A DNA stretch of 64,000 nucleotides, taken from Leptospiraceae bacterium. GTDB taxonomy: Bacteria > Spirochaetota > Leptospiria > Leptospirales > Leptonemataceae. A program made the position numbers and the translations under genes. The notes under the pieces were generated by a model. The model was not told the DNA's origin. It saw nothing but the letters and a program-made list of their open reading frames with translations, and searched no databases. Shown piece after piece: positions 10,534 through 21,069 of the stretch. The stretch lies in the NCBI GenBank assembly GCA_040217195.1, contig JAVJNR010000009.1:128001-192000 (forward strand), read 5' to 3'. How positions within the stretch are numbered: the first letter of the stretch is position 1; every line of letters starts with the position of its first letter.

Positions 10534-11327
10534 TGGATCAGGCCCAGATCATTACCGCCCTGATTGTCGTAGCGCTGATCGGGCCGGGTATTACTATCGC
10601 AGGAATTACAGGTTTTGGCGGTATGGTAATTACCCTGGCCGCAGGAAGCTTATTCTTTGCCCTGGATCAAATATCCGCCGCAGCATTGATGGCCAACCTG
10701 ATTGTCAGCGCCTATGTTCTGGGAAGCGATCTACATCATGTGAACCGGCCCGTAATATTCCGTTTAATCGTTCCTATCATGATTCCGGGAGTTCTTGCAG
10801 GCGTGTTCTTGCGAGAGTTGTTGATCCCGTTGCCTGCCATGCTGGGTATCTTCTTGCTTCTAATCGTTCCCTATCGCTTTTATCGAGAGCGACAGAGTCT
10901 TGCCTCGGGTAAAGAGCAAGCCCCGGATGACAGAAGTATGCATGAAAGAGGGCATCATGCGGCCCGCAGCCTGGCAGGTCGCCTCTGGACTGCATCAGCA
11001 GGATTTGTACAGGGATGGATGAACACCGGAGGACCTCTTCTGGTGTATGGCCTGGCTCGAGCCGGTCTATCCCCTCGGTCCTTTCGCGCAACCCTGATGG
11101 CTATATGGACCGTGATCAATACTGGAATCATGATAAGTCATGTAATCTCTGGAGAATTCGCCAGGCCACAGCTTAACCAGATGGCATTTGTGATTCCCAC
11201 GCTACCAATCTTCTATAGTATTGGAAACTACCTGCATCATCGCATTCCCACCCGGCAGTTTAATTCTGTAATCTACGGATTGCTTACATTGATGGGATTA
11301 TTTCTGGTGATTCGTTCCGTTACCTGA
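10533..11327 (+). CDS. TauE/SafE family membrane exporter
   Basis: GITGFGG and GWMNTGGP repeats; TGATG coupling with the upstream gene. Confidence 0.85.
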   Translation: MDQAQIITALIVVALIGPGITIAGITGFGGMVITLAAGSLFFALDQISAAALMANLIVSAYVLGSDLHHVNRPVIFRLIVPIMIPGVLAGVFLRELLIPLPAMLGIFLLLIVPYRFYRERQSLASGKEQAPDDRSMHERGHHAARSLAGRLWTASAGFVQGWMNTGGPLLVYGLARAGLSPRSFRATLMAIWTVINTGIMISHVISGEFARPQLNQMAFVIPTLPIFYSIGNYLHHRIPTRQFNSVIYGLLTLMGLFLVIRSVT

Positions 11328-11490
11328 ACCACTGCAAAATCCCCGGTCCGATAGCCTTGGCCTCAACATACGCTCTGCATCTCTACTGCTTGGAGAGGTT
11401 CGGGGATTTCCTGATTACAGATTTCCAGCGATTGCCCGGCTACAGGTGCTGAAGCTTTAAAACCTGGTTCCCGCCGATGAAACCATGGGC

Positions 11491-12729
11491 CTAGCTAAAT
11501 TGCACGGACCAGACCCGTTGCAGGCCATGCTTGCCCTTTAATTCAACAGGCTCTAGTTCTTTAAAATCGTACTTGGAGCGAACTTCCCCCGTTAGCCCAT
11601 CTACAAGGTCTGTATTTACCAGAACCTGACCTGGTTTGGCAATACTCTCCAGGCGGGCAGCCACATTCACAATGTCACCAATGGCGGTGTAGGACAATTT
11701 CTGAAAGGAGCCTACATTACCCAGAGTCACATTACCGGAAGCCACACCAACGCCCATTCGCGGCGAAATTCCATACGATTGCTTCCAGTTCTGGCTCCAT
11801 AAATCGAAGATGCTCTGCATCTCCACTGCAGCCTGCACTGCATTATCCCGATGCTCCGGGTTATACACCGGCGCTCCGAACAGACACATAATTGCATCGC
11901 CAATGTATTTATCGATCAATCCTTCGTAGCCCAGTAATACCTCTGTCATGGAGGTAAAGTATTCATTCAAAAAACTAATTACTTTCTCTGCATCCAGCTC
12001 CTCGGCCATGGTAGTATATCCCCGGATATCAGCAAAAAGCACAGACACCTCCTGCTCCACCCCTTTCTGTTCCAGGGCAATGTCTCCTTTCATGATTCCC
12101 TGAACAATGGCCGGATCCACATACATACCAAACACCGACTGGATTTTCTTTTTTTCTTCCTCCAGTTTGTTGCGGGATTCATATTCCTTTTCAAGCTCCC
12201 TTCGCATCTCAGAAACAAGATCATTCAGATCTTTGATCTCAGACTGGGACGTTCCATGGGCCGATTGGAAACGATGAAGTGCATCATCGATCTGCCTGTA
12301 CAATAGCTTGGTGCGAAACTGCATTCGGAAGAGATTCTTTAATCGATATTGAAGCAAATAGGCATTGGTTCCTTTCTTGGGAAAGAACTCCGCAACCCCG
12401 GCCCGAAAAGCATAGACTGCAAACATATCCTCTTTTAGATCCGAGTACACCACTACCGGACTGTCAGCTGCCCCCGGTTCTTCCATCAATCGATCGATAA
12501 ATACAGTGGGATCCCCCTGGCCAGGCAATACCACTTCGGTGAACAGCACATCCACTCGGTCCGAGTTCAGCTCCTCTATGGCCTCTTCTACACTGCTGGT
12601 CCAGCGAGCGGACACATAGTCTCCAAACCAGTAGGTCAAGAATCCTGCAAGTGTATCAAAGGCAGACTGATCGGGATCCAGGTGAAGAACCCGAACACCT
12701 TCATCAAGCGAGGAATCAATGGAAGACAC
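11491..12729 (-). CDS. class III adenylate/guanylate cyclase with N-terminal receiver-like domain
   Basis: VLFADIRGYT, DKYIGDAIM, YTAIGDIVNVAARLE; REC-like N-terminus and coiled coil. Confidence 0.92.
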   Translation of the reverse strand: MSSIDSSLDEGVRVLHLDPDQSAFDTLAGFLTYWFGDYVSARWTSSVEEAIEELNSDRVDVLFTEVVLPGQGDPTVFIDRLMEEPGAADSPVVVYSDLKEDMFAVYAFRAGVAEFFPKKGTNAYLLQYRLKNLFRMQFRTKLLYRQIDDALHRFQSAHGTSQSEIKDLNDLVSEMRRELEKEYESRNKLEEEKKKIQSVFGMYVDPAIVQGIMKGDIALEQKGVEQEVSVLFADIRGYTTMAEELDAEKVISFLNEYFTSMTEVLLGYEGLIDKYIGDAIMCLFGAPVYNPEHRDNAVQAAVEMQSIFDLWSQNWKQSYGISPRMGVGVASGNVTLGNVGSFQKLSYTAIGDIVNVAARLESIAKPGQVLVNTDLVDGLTGEVRSKYDFKELEPVELKGKHGLQRVWSVQFS

Positions 12730-12807
12730 AGTGCAATCCGCCTTTTAATCCAACCACATTCAACCTATTTTTACTTGCCTGGAGGCAGTATTGAGGCTTC
12801 CTGCGGT

Positions 12808-13749
12808 ATGATTCAAAACTTTGACCAGGTACTGGACAAGATCCATGATTACCCCGTACAACGTATTGCTGTGGCCAACGGAGTGGACCCGGCTACACTG
12901 AATGCAGTTTGCGAAGCCCGGGACAAGTCCATAGCAGAAGCAGCGCTCTTTGGTGATGAATCCCTGATCAGAGAAAATGCCCAGAAGCAGGGCCTGGATC
13001 TGAAAGGAATCGAAATATTCGATCATAAAGAACCCATCCATGCAGCCAATGCTGCGGTACAATCTGTAAGCGAAGGCAAATGCACCATTTATATGAAAGG
13101 ATATATCCATAGCGATGACTTTCTGCGAACCGTCATTGCCAGAGATGGCGGACTCCGTACCGACAACATATTGAATCATGTATTTATCCTGGAGGCCAAA
13201 CATCTGGGAAGATTGCTTTTTATTACCGATGGGGCCATGAATATTAAACCGGACCTGGAGCAAAAGGCCCGTATTATTGCAAATACGATAGCCCTGGCCC
13301 AGACCTTTGACATCCAGAAGCCAAAGGTAGCTGTACTAAGTGCCGTTGAAGTTATTGCACCGAAAATTGAATCAACTCTAGAAGCCGCTGCGCTTGCAAA
13401 AATGGGCGATCGAAACCAATTCCATGGGGGTCTGGTGGACGGCCCTTTCGCCCTGGACAATGCCATAAGCGAAGAAGCAGCCGCCTATAAAAAGATTGGT
13501 GGTGAGGTAGCAGGCAAAGCAGATATACTTCTGGTGCCGGACATTGTAACCGGAAATGCACTGGCTAAAAGCTTCGCCCATATCACCGGAGGAACTTCTG
13601 CAGGGCTAATTTATGGCGCCTCTGCACCAGTGGTTCTGCCCAGCCGATCAGATCCAGAGCGATGCAAGCTAATGGGTATTGCCTGCGCCGTATATGTTGC
13701 AGGAGCCCAGGCACAAAAACGAGTCAAAATCGGAAAAGTGCACTTCTAA
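12808..13749 (+). CDS. phosphate acetyl/butyryltransferase (short Ptb-like)
   Basis: YMKG, ITDGAMNIKPD, VDGPFALDNAIS, ADILLVPD...GN, PSRSD; start ATG 12808. Confidence 0.88.
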   Translation: MIQNFDQVLDKIHDYPVQRIAVANGVDPATLNAVCEARDKSIAEAALFGDESLIRENAQKQGLDLKGIEIFDHKEPIHAANAAVQSVSEGKCTIYMKGYIHSDDFLRTVIARDGGLRTDNILNHVFILEAKHLGRLLFITDGAMNIKPDLEQKARIIANTIALAQTFDIQKPKVAVLSAVEVIAPKIESTLEAAALAKMGDRNQFHGGLVDGPFALDNAISEEAAAYKKIGGEVAGKADILLVPDIVTGNALAKSFAHITGGTSAGLIYGASAPVVLPSRSDPERCKLMGIACAVYVAGAQAQKRVKIGKVHF

Positions 13750-13847
13750 TTTTCGATTCTTTGCTTTGAGTATCAGGTTCCTTCGCATTTTGGCAGCTCG
13801 ATGCAGATCCGAAATTCTAAGCGCAACCAGTTTCCCCGGAGTCCTAA

Positions 13848-15065
13848 ATGAAAAATGAAATCCTTGTATGCAACTCAGGATCTTCTTCCTTGAAGCTGGA
13901 TGTGTTTCGATCCGGCGAATCTCTGGAATACCTGGCCAGCGCTTCCGTGGATCGAATCGGACAGAAACAAGGAGCTACCAGTACACTGGAAGTTGAAATT
14001 CCAGACCAGGATACGTACCAGGAAGAAGACCAATTCGAGGATCATCGCAGCGCCCTTCTAAGAATCTCTGCCATTCTAGAAAAGGAAGGTGTATTTCTGG
14101 AAAATCATCGCATGGCTGTGGGCCATCGAGTGGTGCATGGGGGGCCGGGCATCACCAGACCAGTAATCATTGACAAGGATATAGAGCAAACCATCGAAGA
14201 ATGTGCGCTCTATGCACCACTGCATAATCCGGCCAACTTGAATGGTATCAAGGTGGCCCGGGAACTATTTCAATGCCCTCAGGTGGCTGTATTCGACACG
14301 GCTTTTCATGCGAAAATGCCTGCTCCGGCCAGAACCTATGCCATCCCTCTAGATCTGGCAACAAAACATGGAATTCAAAGATATGGATTTCATGGCACCT
14401 CTCATGGCTATGTGGCAGAAATCGCAGCCCGGAACTTGAACCGAGCAGCCCAGGATGTAAATCTAATCACACTTCATCTTGGAAATGGGGCCAGCGCCTG
14501 TGCAATACACAATGGAATCAGCATCGATACAAGTATGGGATTCACTCCCCTGGAAGGGCTGATCATGGGCACCCGCTCCGGAGATCTTGACCCGGCCATT
14601 GTGGCCTATCTCCAGGAAAAGGAGCAGCTAATTTTCCAGGAAGTGGACACACTACTGAATCGTCAGTCCGGCCTTCTGGGACTGGGAGGAGCTTCGGACA
14701 TGCGCGATCTACTGGAAAAAGAAAAACAGGGAGATCAAAACGCAGCGCTGGCGGTAGATGCATTTTGTTATCGTGTGCGAAAGTACATCGGCGCCTATTT
14801 TGCAGCCATAGGAGATCCTGTGGATGCAATCGTTTTTACGGCAGGCATAGGCGAAAACTCACCTGTTATTCGAGAACGGATCATGAAGAATCTTTTTGCC
14901 GATCGTATATACTTTGACCGGGAACTAAATGAGAGATCCCTGGAAAGCAGAGAGGGAAACCTGCTCACAAAAGAACATAGCCCGGTGGCAGTCTATGCGA
15001 TTCCCACAGATGAAGAGTGGATGATTGCAAGGCTTGCCCGGGATTTGCTTTTAAGTGCGGATTAA
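13848..15065 (+). CDS. ackA: acetate kinase
   Basis: NSGSSSLK, GHRVVHGG, APLHN, RYGFHGTSH, HLGNGAS, FTAGIGEN, PTDEE. Confidence 0.95.
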   Translation: MKNEILVCNSGSSSLKLDVFRSGESLEYLASASVDRIGQKQGATSTLEVEIPDQDTYQEEDQFEDHRSALLRISAILEKEGVFLENHRMAVGHRVVHGGPGITRPVIIDKDIEQTIEECALYAPLHNPANLNGIKVARELFQCPQVAVFDTAFHAKMPAPARTYAIPLDLATKHGIQRYGFHGTSHGYVAEIAARNLNRAAQDVNLITLHLGNGASACAIHNGISIDTSMGFTPLEGLIMGTRSGDLDPAIVAYLQEKEQLIFQEVDTLLNRQSGLLGLGGASDMRDLLEKEKQGDQNAALAVDAFCYRVRKYIGAYFAAIGDPVDAIVFTAGIGENSPVIRERIMKNLFADRIYFDRELNERSLESREGNLLTKEHSPVAVYAIPTDEEWMIARLARDLLLSAD

Positions 15066-15262
15066 TCGCAGGCAGAAGTCATAATCCGATTTTGTGCCAT
15101 CCTGAACCAAAACGAAAGTTAGGCAGGTTCAGCTCTGAACCTCCAGGCAGGCCGAAAATAGAGTTCAGCAGATTTCTGGCTACGCAAGGAGACCCCGATC
15201 GCAGGTAGCGGAGCGTCATTCTGACTTTCCCCGGAAACAGTCAAATTCTCCTGTTCCGGCCA

Positions 15263-15928
15263 CTACTCAGTGGAAAACCGGATCGTTCGGTAGAACTGTA
15301 AAACCCCATTTCGGGTACCGGAGATGATTTCCTGATCCGTCAGAGGCTCAGGCGAAAGCCGTAGAGGAGACATTCGGTAGTGAATCATAAATATCATGTC
15401 TTTCAATTGGAAGCAAAGTATACCCCAATGAGCCTTTCCTATCCCTCCGCCTGCTTTGCGAATGGCACCGTCCGGAGCCTCAAAGACTACCAGATGCATT
15501 TCATGCCCATCTTCTACCAGGCTCTCTGTGCCAACCACTCTGGAATTCCTCATGGTTTTTAGAATACTGGCAGTGAACCACTCCCGGGCCAGCTTTTCCA
15601 ATTTTTCTTTCTGGCTGAGGCCTCCATAGCCCGGCGCAATGGAAAAGTCAATTGTACGATAATCAATGCGATAATAAGCAGGTCCATCGTCCTTGAACGT
15701 AACGCTCCGATCTCCTTGCGTGTAATGACCATTGTAAAGTCCCCGGGGGGCAGGCACCGAGTAGACCCCTCCTGGATCCCGGTAATACTCACCGGATTTA
15801 ATGGCACCACTGCCAGTGGCGCAACTACCAGCTGCCAGGCCAGTGAAGATTAGAACTAGAAATCGGGCCCTGCGATAAAATAGACTCTCCTTCCGCACTG
15901 AAATCTGCCTTGAACCATAATCTTTCAT
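15263..15928 (-). CDS. hypothetical lipoprotein
   Basis: 221 aa, hydrophobic segment ending AGSC. Confidence 0.7.
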   Translation of the reverse strand: MKDYGSRQISVRKESLFYRRARFLVLIFTGLAAGSCATGSGAIKSGEYYRDPGGVYSVPAPRGLYNGHYTQGDRSVTFKDDGPAYYRIDYRTIDFSIAPGYGGLSQKEKLEKLAREWFTASILKTMRNSRVVGTESLVEDGHEMHLVVFEAPDGAIRKAGGGIGKAHWGILCFQLKDMIFMIHYRMSPLRLSPEPLTDQEIISGTRNGVLQFYRTIRFSTE

Positions 15929-16179
15929 AACGCTGTAATTTTATCTCCTATAGATTTCCTGAAGTATGAAACCCCTCCGGGCACGGACCGGAATTAAAAT
16001 AGCCCCTGCAGGCAGGTCAAATGAATATCCAGAGTTTCGCCTGTACTTTTGCAAAACAGGGTTGCGAATTATAATCTGGGTCGCCCATCCATGGTCTGAC
16101 TCATATGCGACTTCATCTTTTCATCATGTATTAAGAAAAGGGCAATTGGCACCATTCCAGTGGCTGCAAGAATGGACTC

Positions 16180-16788
16180 ATGAGAACCATTCTCCAGCTG
16201 GCGTCCGCCTCCCCTCGCCGAAAACAGATTCTGGAAAATCTGAAGCTCAGATTTGAAGTCCATCCAGTGGATGCAGATGAAAGCCTGGATCCGGCTCTTA
16301 ACAGTCATCCAGCACTTTACATTGCGCAAAGAAAAGCGAAACAGGCTCATGCGCAGCATAGGGGGAAATGGATTCTGACCTGCGATACGGTAGTAGAAAC
16401 AGAAAATACCAATGGCCCGGTCTATCTGGGAAAAGCCAGGAATCGAAACGAGGCTCAATCCATGCTCGAAGCTCTGTCTGGACGCAAACACCTGGTTCGC
16501 ACCGGACATTGTCTGGTTACTCCAGAAGGACAGTTTCACACTGCACTTCCAGAAACCAGGGTTCAATTCCGGGAACTGGATGATCGATTATTGGACTGGT
16601 ATCTGGATTCCAACGAATGGACCGATAAAGCAGGGGCCTATGGCATTCAGGACCAGGGTGCATTGCTCATCGAATCCATTGAAGGTGATTACCTGAACGT
16701 TGTTGGCCTTTCGCTCATCGCCCTGTATGGACTCTGCAAGGAAGCTGGCATAAACCTCCTGGATTTCACAAAAGACCTGAACCGTTGA
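16180..16788 (+). CDS. maf: Maf family nucleoside triphosphate pyrophosphatase
   Basis: LASASPRR, CDTVV, DKAGAYGIQ, NVVGL. Confidence 0.93.
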   Translation: MRTILQLASASPRRKQILENLKLRFEVHPVDADESLDPALNSHPALYIAQRKAKQAHAQHRGKWILTCDTVVETENTNGPVYLGKARNRNEAQSMLEALSGRKHLVRTGHCLVTPEGQFHTALPETRVQFRELDDRLLDWYLDSNEWTDKAGAYGIQDQGALLIESIEGDYLNVVGLSLIALYGLCKEAGINLLDFTKDLNR

Positions 16789-16877
16789 AACCATTGCTCC
16801 AGTCTTCCAGGACCCCGCCCAGTAGGCTGTACCGGGCGGCTTCCTATCCCGGGTCCCGGGCTCGCTTCCAGGTATGA

Positions 16878-17453
16878 TTAATTTCCGTTCGAACGAATTA
16901 GATCGAAGAATTCCTGGCGAGTTCTGGGATCCTCTCGAAAAGAGCCCAGCAATGTTGAGCTAGTCATTATGGAATGTTGCTTTTCCACACCACGACAGGT
17001 CATACACATATGACGAGCCTCAATAACGACTCCCACTCCGGCTGGCCTGAGCTCCTCATAGATTGCATTTGCTATTTGATGGCAGAGCTCTTCCTGGATT
17101 TGCAGTCTTCTAGCGTACACTTCCATGACCCGGGCCAGCTTGCTAATGCCCAGAACCTTCCCTTTGGGGATATAGCCTATATGACATTTGCCGGTAAACG
17201 GCAGCATATGATGCTCGCACATGGAATACAGCTCAATATTCGAAAGCACTACCATCTCTTCCGTGCTCGAAGTGAAGGTCTTTCCCAGGATCTCTTTGAA
17301 ATCCTTCTTATATCCGCTGTATATATGATCGTAGGATCGCACCACTCGATCCGGGGTTTCCAGCAATCCTTCCCGTTCGGGGTCGTCTCCAATATATCTT
17401 AAGAGGGTTCGAACCGCTTCCAGCGCCTGCTCTCTACTAACTTCCTGGCTCAA
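16878..17453 (-). CDS. folE: GTP cyclohydrolase I
   Basis: [43 protein letters not shown]. Confidence 0.96.
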   Translation of the reverse strand: MSQEVSREQALEAVRTLLRYIGDDPEREGLLETPDRVVRSYDHIYSGYKKDFKEILGKTFTSSTEEMVVLSNIELYSMCEHHMLPFTGKCHIGYIPKGKVLGISKLARVMEVYARRLQIQEELCHQIANAIYEELRPAGVGVVIEARHMCMTCRGVEKQHSIMTSSTLLGSFREDPRTRQEFFDLIRSNGN

Positions 17454-17615
17454 ATGGTAACTCCTGTGTCTTCAGAGACAAGACACAAGAACAGTAGGTT
17501 AACGATTACAGACCAGAGTTTTTTTTCCGCCCACCCGGAGCCAGGCAAAGGTCCGGTGCCGAACTTCGATATAGAAAGTCTGGCCCCGAAACAGGCCGCT
17601 CAAATCCTGACCTGA

Positions 17616-18347
17616 ATGGATATACGTAATGTAATTATTGAAACCTTTGAAACCGGAGCCGCCGGTTCAGTCATCATCTCCGCCGGCAATACCCGGGTTC
17701 TTTGCACAGCCTCCCTCTCTACAGATCTACCAGGATGGCTTGCGGCTAAAGAGCCTCCGTCGGGCTGGATCAGCGCTGAGTACAATATGCTTCCAGGCTC
17801 TACTTCGCCGAGAAAAAAAAGAGGAACGGATGGCCGTAGCACGGAAATTCAAAGATTGATCGGTCGATCCCTTCGCGCCATGGTAGAGTTAACTTCTATT
17901 CCAGGACTGAGCATCATCTGCGACTGCGAAGTTCTTCAGGCCGATGGAGGAACGCGAACGGCCGCCATATCCGGTGCATCCGTAAGTCTGATGCTTGCCC
18001 TGGGCACGGCTCTGGATCAAGGAAAACTGGCAGCACCCCCCACAGACCGTCTACCCATCGAACTGGTCACTGCCATCAGCGCCGGTGTGGTGGATGGAAA
18101 ATGCGTGGTGGATCTGGACTATGACAGAGACAGCCGAGCGGATGTAGATCTTAACGCTGTTCAAAATCAGAAGAAGGAATGGATTGAACTTCAGGGCACC
18201 GGCGAACGTGCCGGATTTAATAAATCTCAGCTAGATGAGATTCTGGAACTATGCGATAGTGCCATGGATGACATACGAAATCGACAACTGGAATTCTTGA
18301 AAAAAAATCTATCCCCGAAGTCAGCGGCCATTCTTCTGGGTGCCTAA
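17616..18347 (+). CDS. rph: ribonuclease PH
   Basis: GNTRVLCTAS, EYNMLP, EIQRLIGRSLR, QADGGTRTA, ELQGTGE. Confidence 0.94.
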   Translation: MDIRNVIIETFETGAAGSVIISAGNTRVLCTASLSTDLPGWLAAKEPPSGWISAEYNMLPGSTSPRKKRGTDGRSTEIQRLIGRSLRAMVELTSIPGLSIICDCEVLQADGGTRTAAISGASVSLMLALGTALDQGKLAAPPTDRLPIELVTAISAGVVDGKCVVDLDYDRDSRADVDLNAVQNQKKEWIELQGTGERAGFNKSQLDEILELCDSAMDDIRNRQLEFLKKNLSPKSAAILLGA

Positions 18348-18426
18348 AGAATTGAATATTTTGCTTTTCCATGTGCTCCAGTTCTGATATACCAGCGTAA
18401 AGCCTTTTCTAGAGCTGGAGCATTCA

Positions 18427-20079
18427 ATGATTCGCACCTATGCCCGTTTTACAATCCTGGCACTGACCTCCATCGCATTACTACTTCCTTACAATCCCGT
18501 GACGGCTGAGCAGTGGGAGTCTACCACCTGGCTGGATGGGCTCACTCTATTTGGGATGGCACGATTGAGGCCAGAGTTTCGCGCCAACGGTGATTTTAAT
18601 CGAAACACCGACGACACAGATGAATTTGTGGCCAGCAAGATTCAATTTGGAATCCAAAAGAAATTCACAGAAGACACTTCCATAGTTCTTCGATTGCAGG
18701 ACTCCAGGCTCTGGGGCGGAAGCCCTGGATCGGATACCGGTTTTTCCACCGCAAACGATGCCACGGGAGAGTCACTGGATCTTCGGGAAGGCTACATTAA
18801 ATCCGATAACCTGCTGGGCCCACTGGGCATTACTGCAGGCCGTCAAATTCTTGAATATGGAGGCGGTCGACAGATCGGAGCAACCGACTGGAACAATGTA
18901 GGACGAAGCTTTGATGCTCTGGAGTTTCACTGGGATCTGGGCTTCTGGAATGCCTCCCTTCTGGGAGCAGTGCTTGCTGAAGAAGACAATAATGGCGGCG
19001 GCAACTCCACGGATGTAGGGCGATCCAATGCATCCGACTTTACCTTTAACTGTGATGCCACCACCGGAGCCTGCACCGTTCAGGCCAATACGGCCCGGGA
19101 AATGGACGATGCGTACATGGCTGTATTCTACAATGAGCTCAAATTTCATCCCCAATTTCAGGTGGAGCCCTATTACATTGGAGTGTACAAGAAATGGATT
19201 CCTGCTACCACTTCCCCGTTTCCCGGGCTTCCGGTGCCGCCCAGGCAAAGAGATAGGCAACGAGATAATCTACATACCCTGGGGATTCGATTCACAAACA
19301 AGACTGTGAACGGAAAGAGTGCTTCGGATTTCATTGATTACTCTTTTGAATTCGCCTATCAGACCGGATTCAACGGTCAGAGAGTGCAATCCGGATGGGA
19401 CATTTTGAATCAGACAGACCCTAACGGAAATCCCATCTACACAGACAGACAATACTACGATGCGTATGCTGCCTATGGGGAAATAGGCATCATTCCAGTG
19501 GACTTTATGCGAATCGCTGTAGCAGCTGATCTGGCATCCGGCGATCCAGACCGTACGGATGCAGCTGTGGCCACCTACCAGCAACTATTTCCCACCAATC
19601 ATGGAGCTATGGGTGACATGGACCTGGTGGGCTCTCGCAACCTGGTAGGCCGGGCTTTAAAGCTGGGTTTTGCTCTGGGTAAATTCGGCAACCTGCAGCT
19701 AGCCTACTGGCATTTTAAGAAGCATAAAGCGCAAGACAGCCTCTATGGGAATGGAGGCGAAGTCCTAAGAGACCTGGATGGGGAGCTTCTGAGCACAGAA
19801 ACACAGTCCAATGCCCGCTATATGGAAGTCCTGGACTCCAGTGGGAAAATTGCCGAGCACAATGTATCTCAGCTTGGCACCCAGCTCTTCCATGAATACA
19901 ATTTAATCTATTCATTCAAAGCCAATGGATTGAAGTTTAATATGGGCTATGGTCAGGCCCATGCCCTGGATGCAGTGAGACATGCGGTGGATGAAACCCA
20001 TGTTCGCCCGGATCTCAGAAGTCCTGCATTTGACCCGAGAAGCGACTGGGCTTATTTCATGTTAACAGCCGAGTTTTAG
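18427..20079 (+). CDS. alginate export (AlgE-like) outer-membrane beta-barrel
   Basis: Signal peptide; LQDSRLWG, GRQILEYG...DWNNVGRSFDA, ASGD...QLFPTNH; C-terminal Phe. Confidence 0.82.
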   Translation: MIRTYARFTILALTSIALLLPYNPVTAEQWESTTWLDGLTLFGMARLRPEFRANGDFNRNTDDTDEFVASKIQFGIQKKFTEDTSIVLRLQDSRLWGGSPGSDTGFSTANDATGESLDLREGYIKSDNLLGPLGITAGRQILEYGGGRQIGATDWNNVGRSFDALEFHWDLGFWNASLLGAVLAEEDNNGGGNSTDVGRSNASDFTFNCDATTGACTVQANTAREMDDAYMAVFYNELKFHPQFQVEPYYIGVYKKWIPATTSPFPGLPVPPRQRDRQRDNLHTLGIRFTNKTVNGKSASDFIDYSFEFAYQTGFNGQRVQSGWDILNQTDPNGNPIYTDRQYYDAYAAYGEIGIIPVDFMRIAVAADLASGDPDRTDAAVATYQQLFPTNHGAMGDMDLVGSRNLVGRALKLGFALGKFGNLQLAYWHFKKHKAQDSLYGNGGEVLRDLDGELLSTETQSNARYMEVLDSSGKIAEHNVSQLGTQLFHEYNLIYSFKANGLKFNMGYGQAHALDAVRHAVDETHVRPDLRSPAFDPRSDWAYFMLTAEF

Positions 20080-20083
20080 AATT

Positions 20084-20962
20084 CTAACCCAGGCTTTCGC
20101 TCAGAGCTCGGAGCTTATCTGCTACGGCCGGGTCATTGGACGCCGGCAATGGATTCTTCCTTTTTTTACCATGAAAATAGGTTCCGGACGGTCCTGGATC
20201 AGGTAGAGTGGCCAGTTGCACCAGAGGAATGGCTGCTTTCTTCGCAGACTTGCTAATCATACCCCAGAGAACATGGACTACTCCTGGATAATCCCGGACC
20301 AGGCCTGTATTTACAACTCCAGGATGGAATGCATAAACAGATACATTCTTACTCTCCAGCCTGCGAAACAGATCCATAGTGTAGATTACATTGCAAAGCT
20401 TGCTATCGTTGTAAGCTTGAAAACCGCTGTATTTTTCCTTTCGATTCAGGGCTTCGCCGCCGGCCAGAAAATCAGTTTTGCCGCGATAATGCAAAGCGGA
20501 GGCAACATTAATGATTCTGGAAGGAGCATTCTTCTGGAGTATGTCGGTCAAAGCTTCAGTTAACCAGAAGGGCCCCAGGTGATTCACTGCAAAAGTGGCT
20601 TCAATACCATCGGCACTCTCTTTTCGATCCGGATGGTTAACGCCTGCATTGTTGATGAGTAAATCCAGGCCTTTATGTCTTTTCTTGAAGTTCTTAACAA
20701 ATTCCTGAATCGATTTCTTTGAGCCCAGATCCAGTTCGTATAATTCCACCCGGCTTCGACCGGACTTCATCTGGATTTCTCGCTGCACTGCCTGCCCGCG
20801 CGAAATGTCTCGAGCTGTGATCACGACCTGGGCGCCCAGTTCAAGCATTTGAATGGCCGCCTCCTTACCAATCCCGGATGTTGCACCGGTGATAAGGCAT
20901 AGTTTGCCCTGAATATGTTCTTTCTGCAGGTTTTTAAGTAAGGAATCGTCCTTTCGCGCCAT
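20084..20962 (-). CDS. SDR oxidoreductase (retinol dehydrogenase-like)
   Basis: TGATSGIG, LINNAG, YNDSK, HPGVVNT. Confidence 0.93.
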   Translation of the reverse strand: MARKDDSLLKNLQKEHIQGKLCLITGATSGIGKEAAIQMLELGAQVVITARDISRGQAVQREIQMKSGRSRVELYELDLGSKKSIQEFVKNFKKRHKGLDLLINNAGVNHPDRKESADGIEATFAVNHLGPFWLTEALTDILQKNAPSRIINVASALHYRGKTDFLAGGEALNRKEKYSGFQAYNDSKLCNVIYTMDLFRRLESKNVSVYAFHPGVVNTGLVRDYPGVVHVLWGMISKSAKKAAIPLVQLATLPDPGPSGTYFHGKKRKNPLPASNDPAVADKLRALSESLG

Positions 20963-21069
20963 AAGCAAATGCCATGGGCTGCGGCGCTGTTGTCAAGCCT
21001 GGAGCAGAATTCCTTGAAGGCCGGAAAACTCCCGAAAAAGTTCCGGCCTTCCTGGCAGCACTGATTGGA

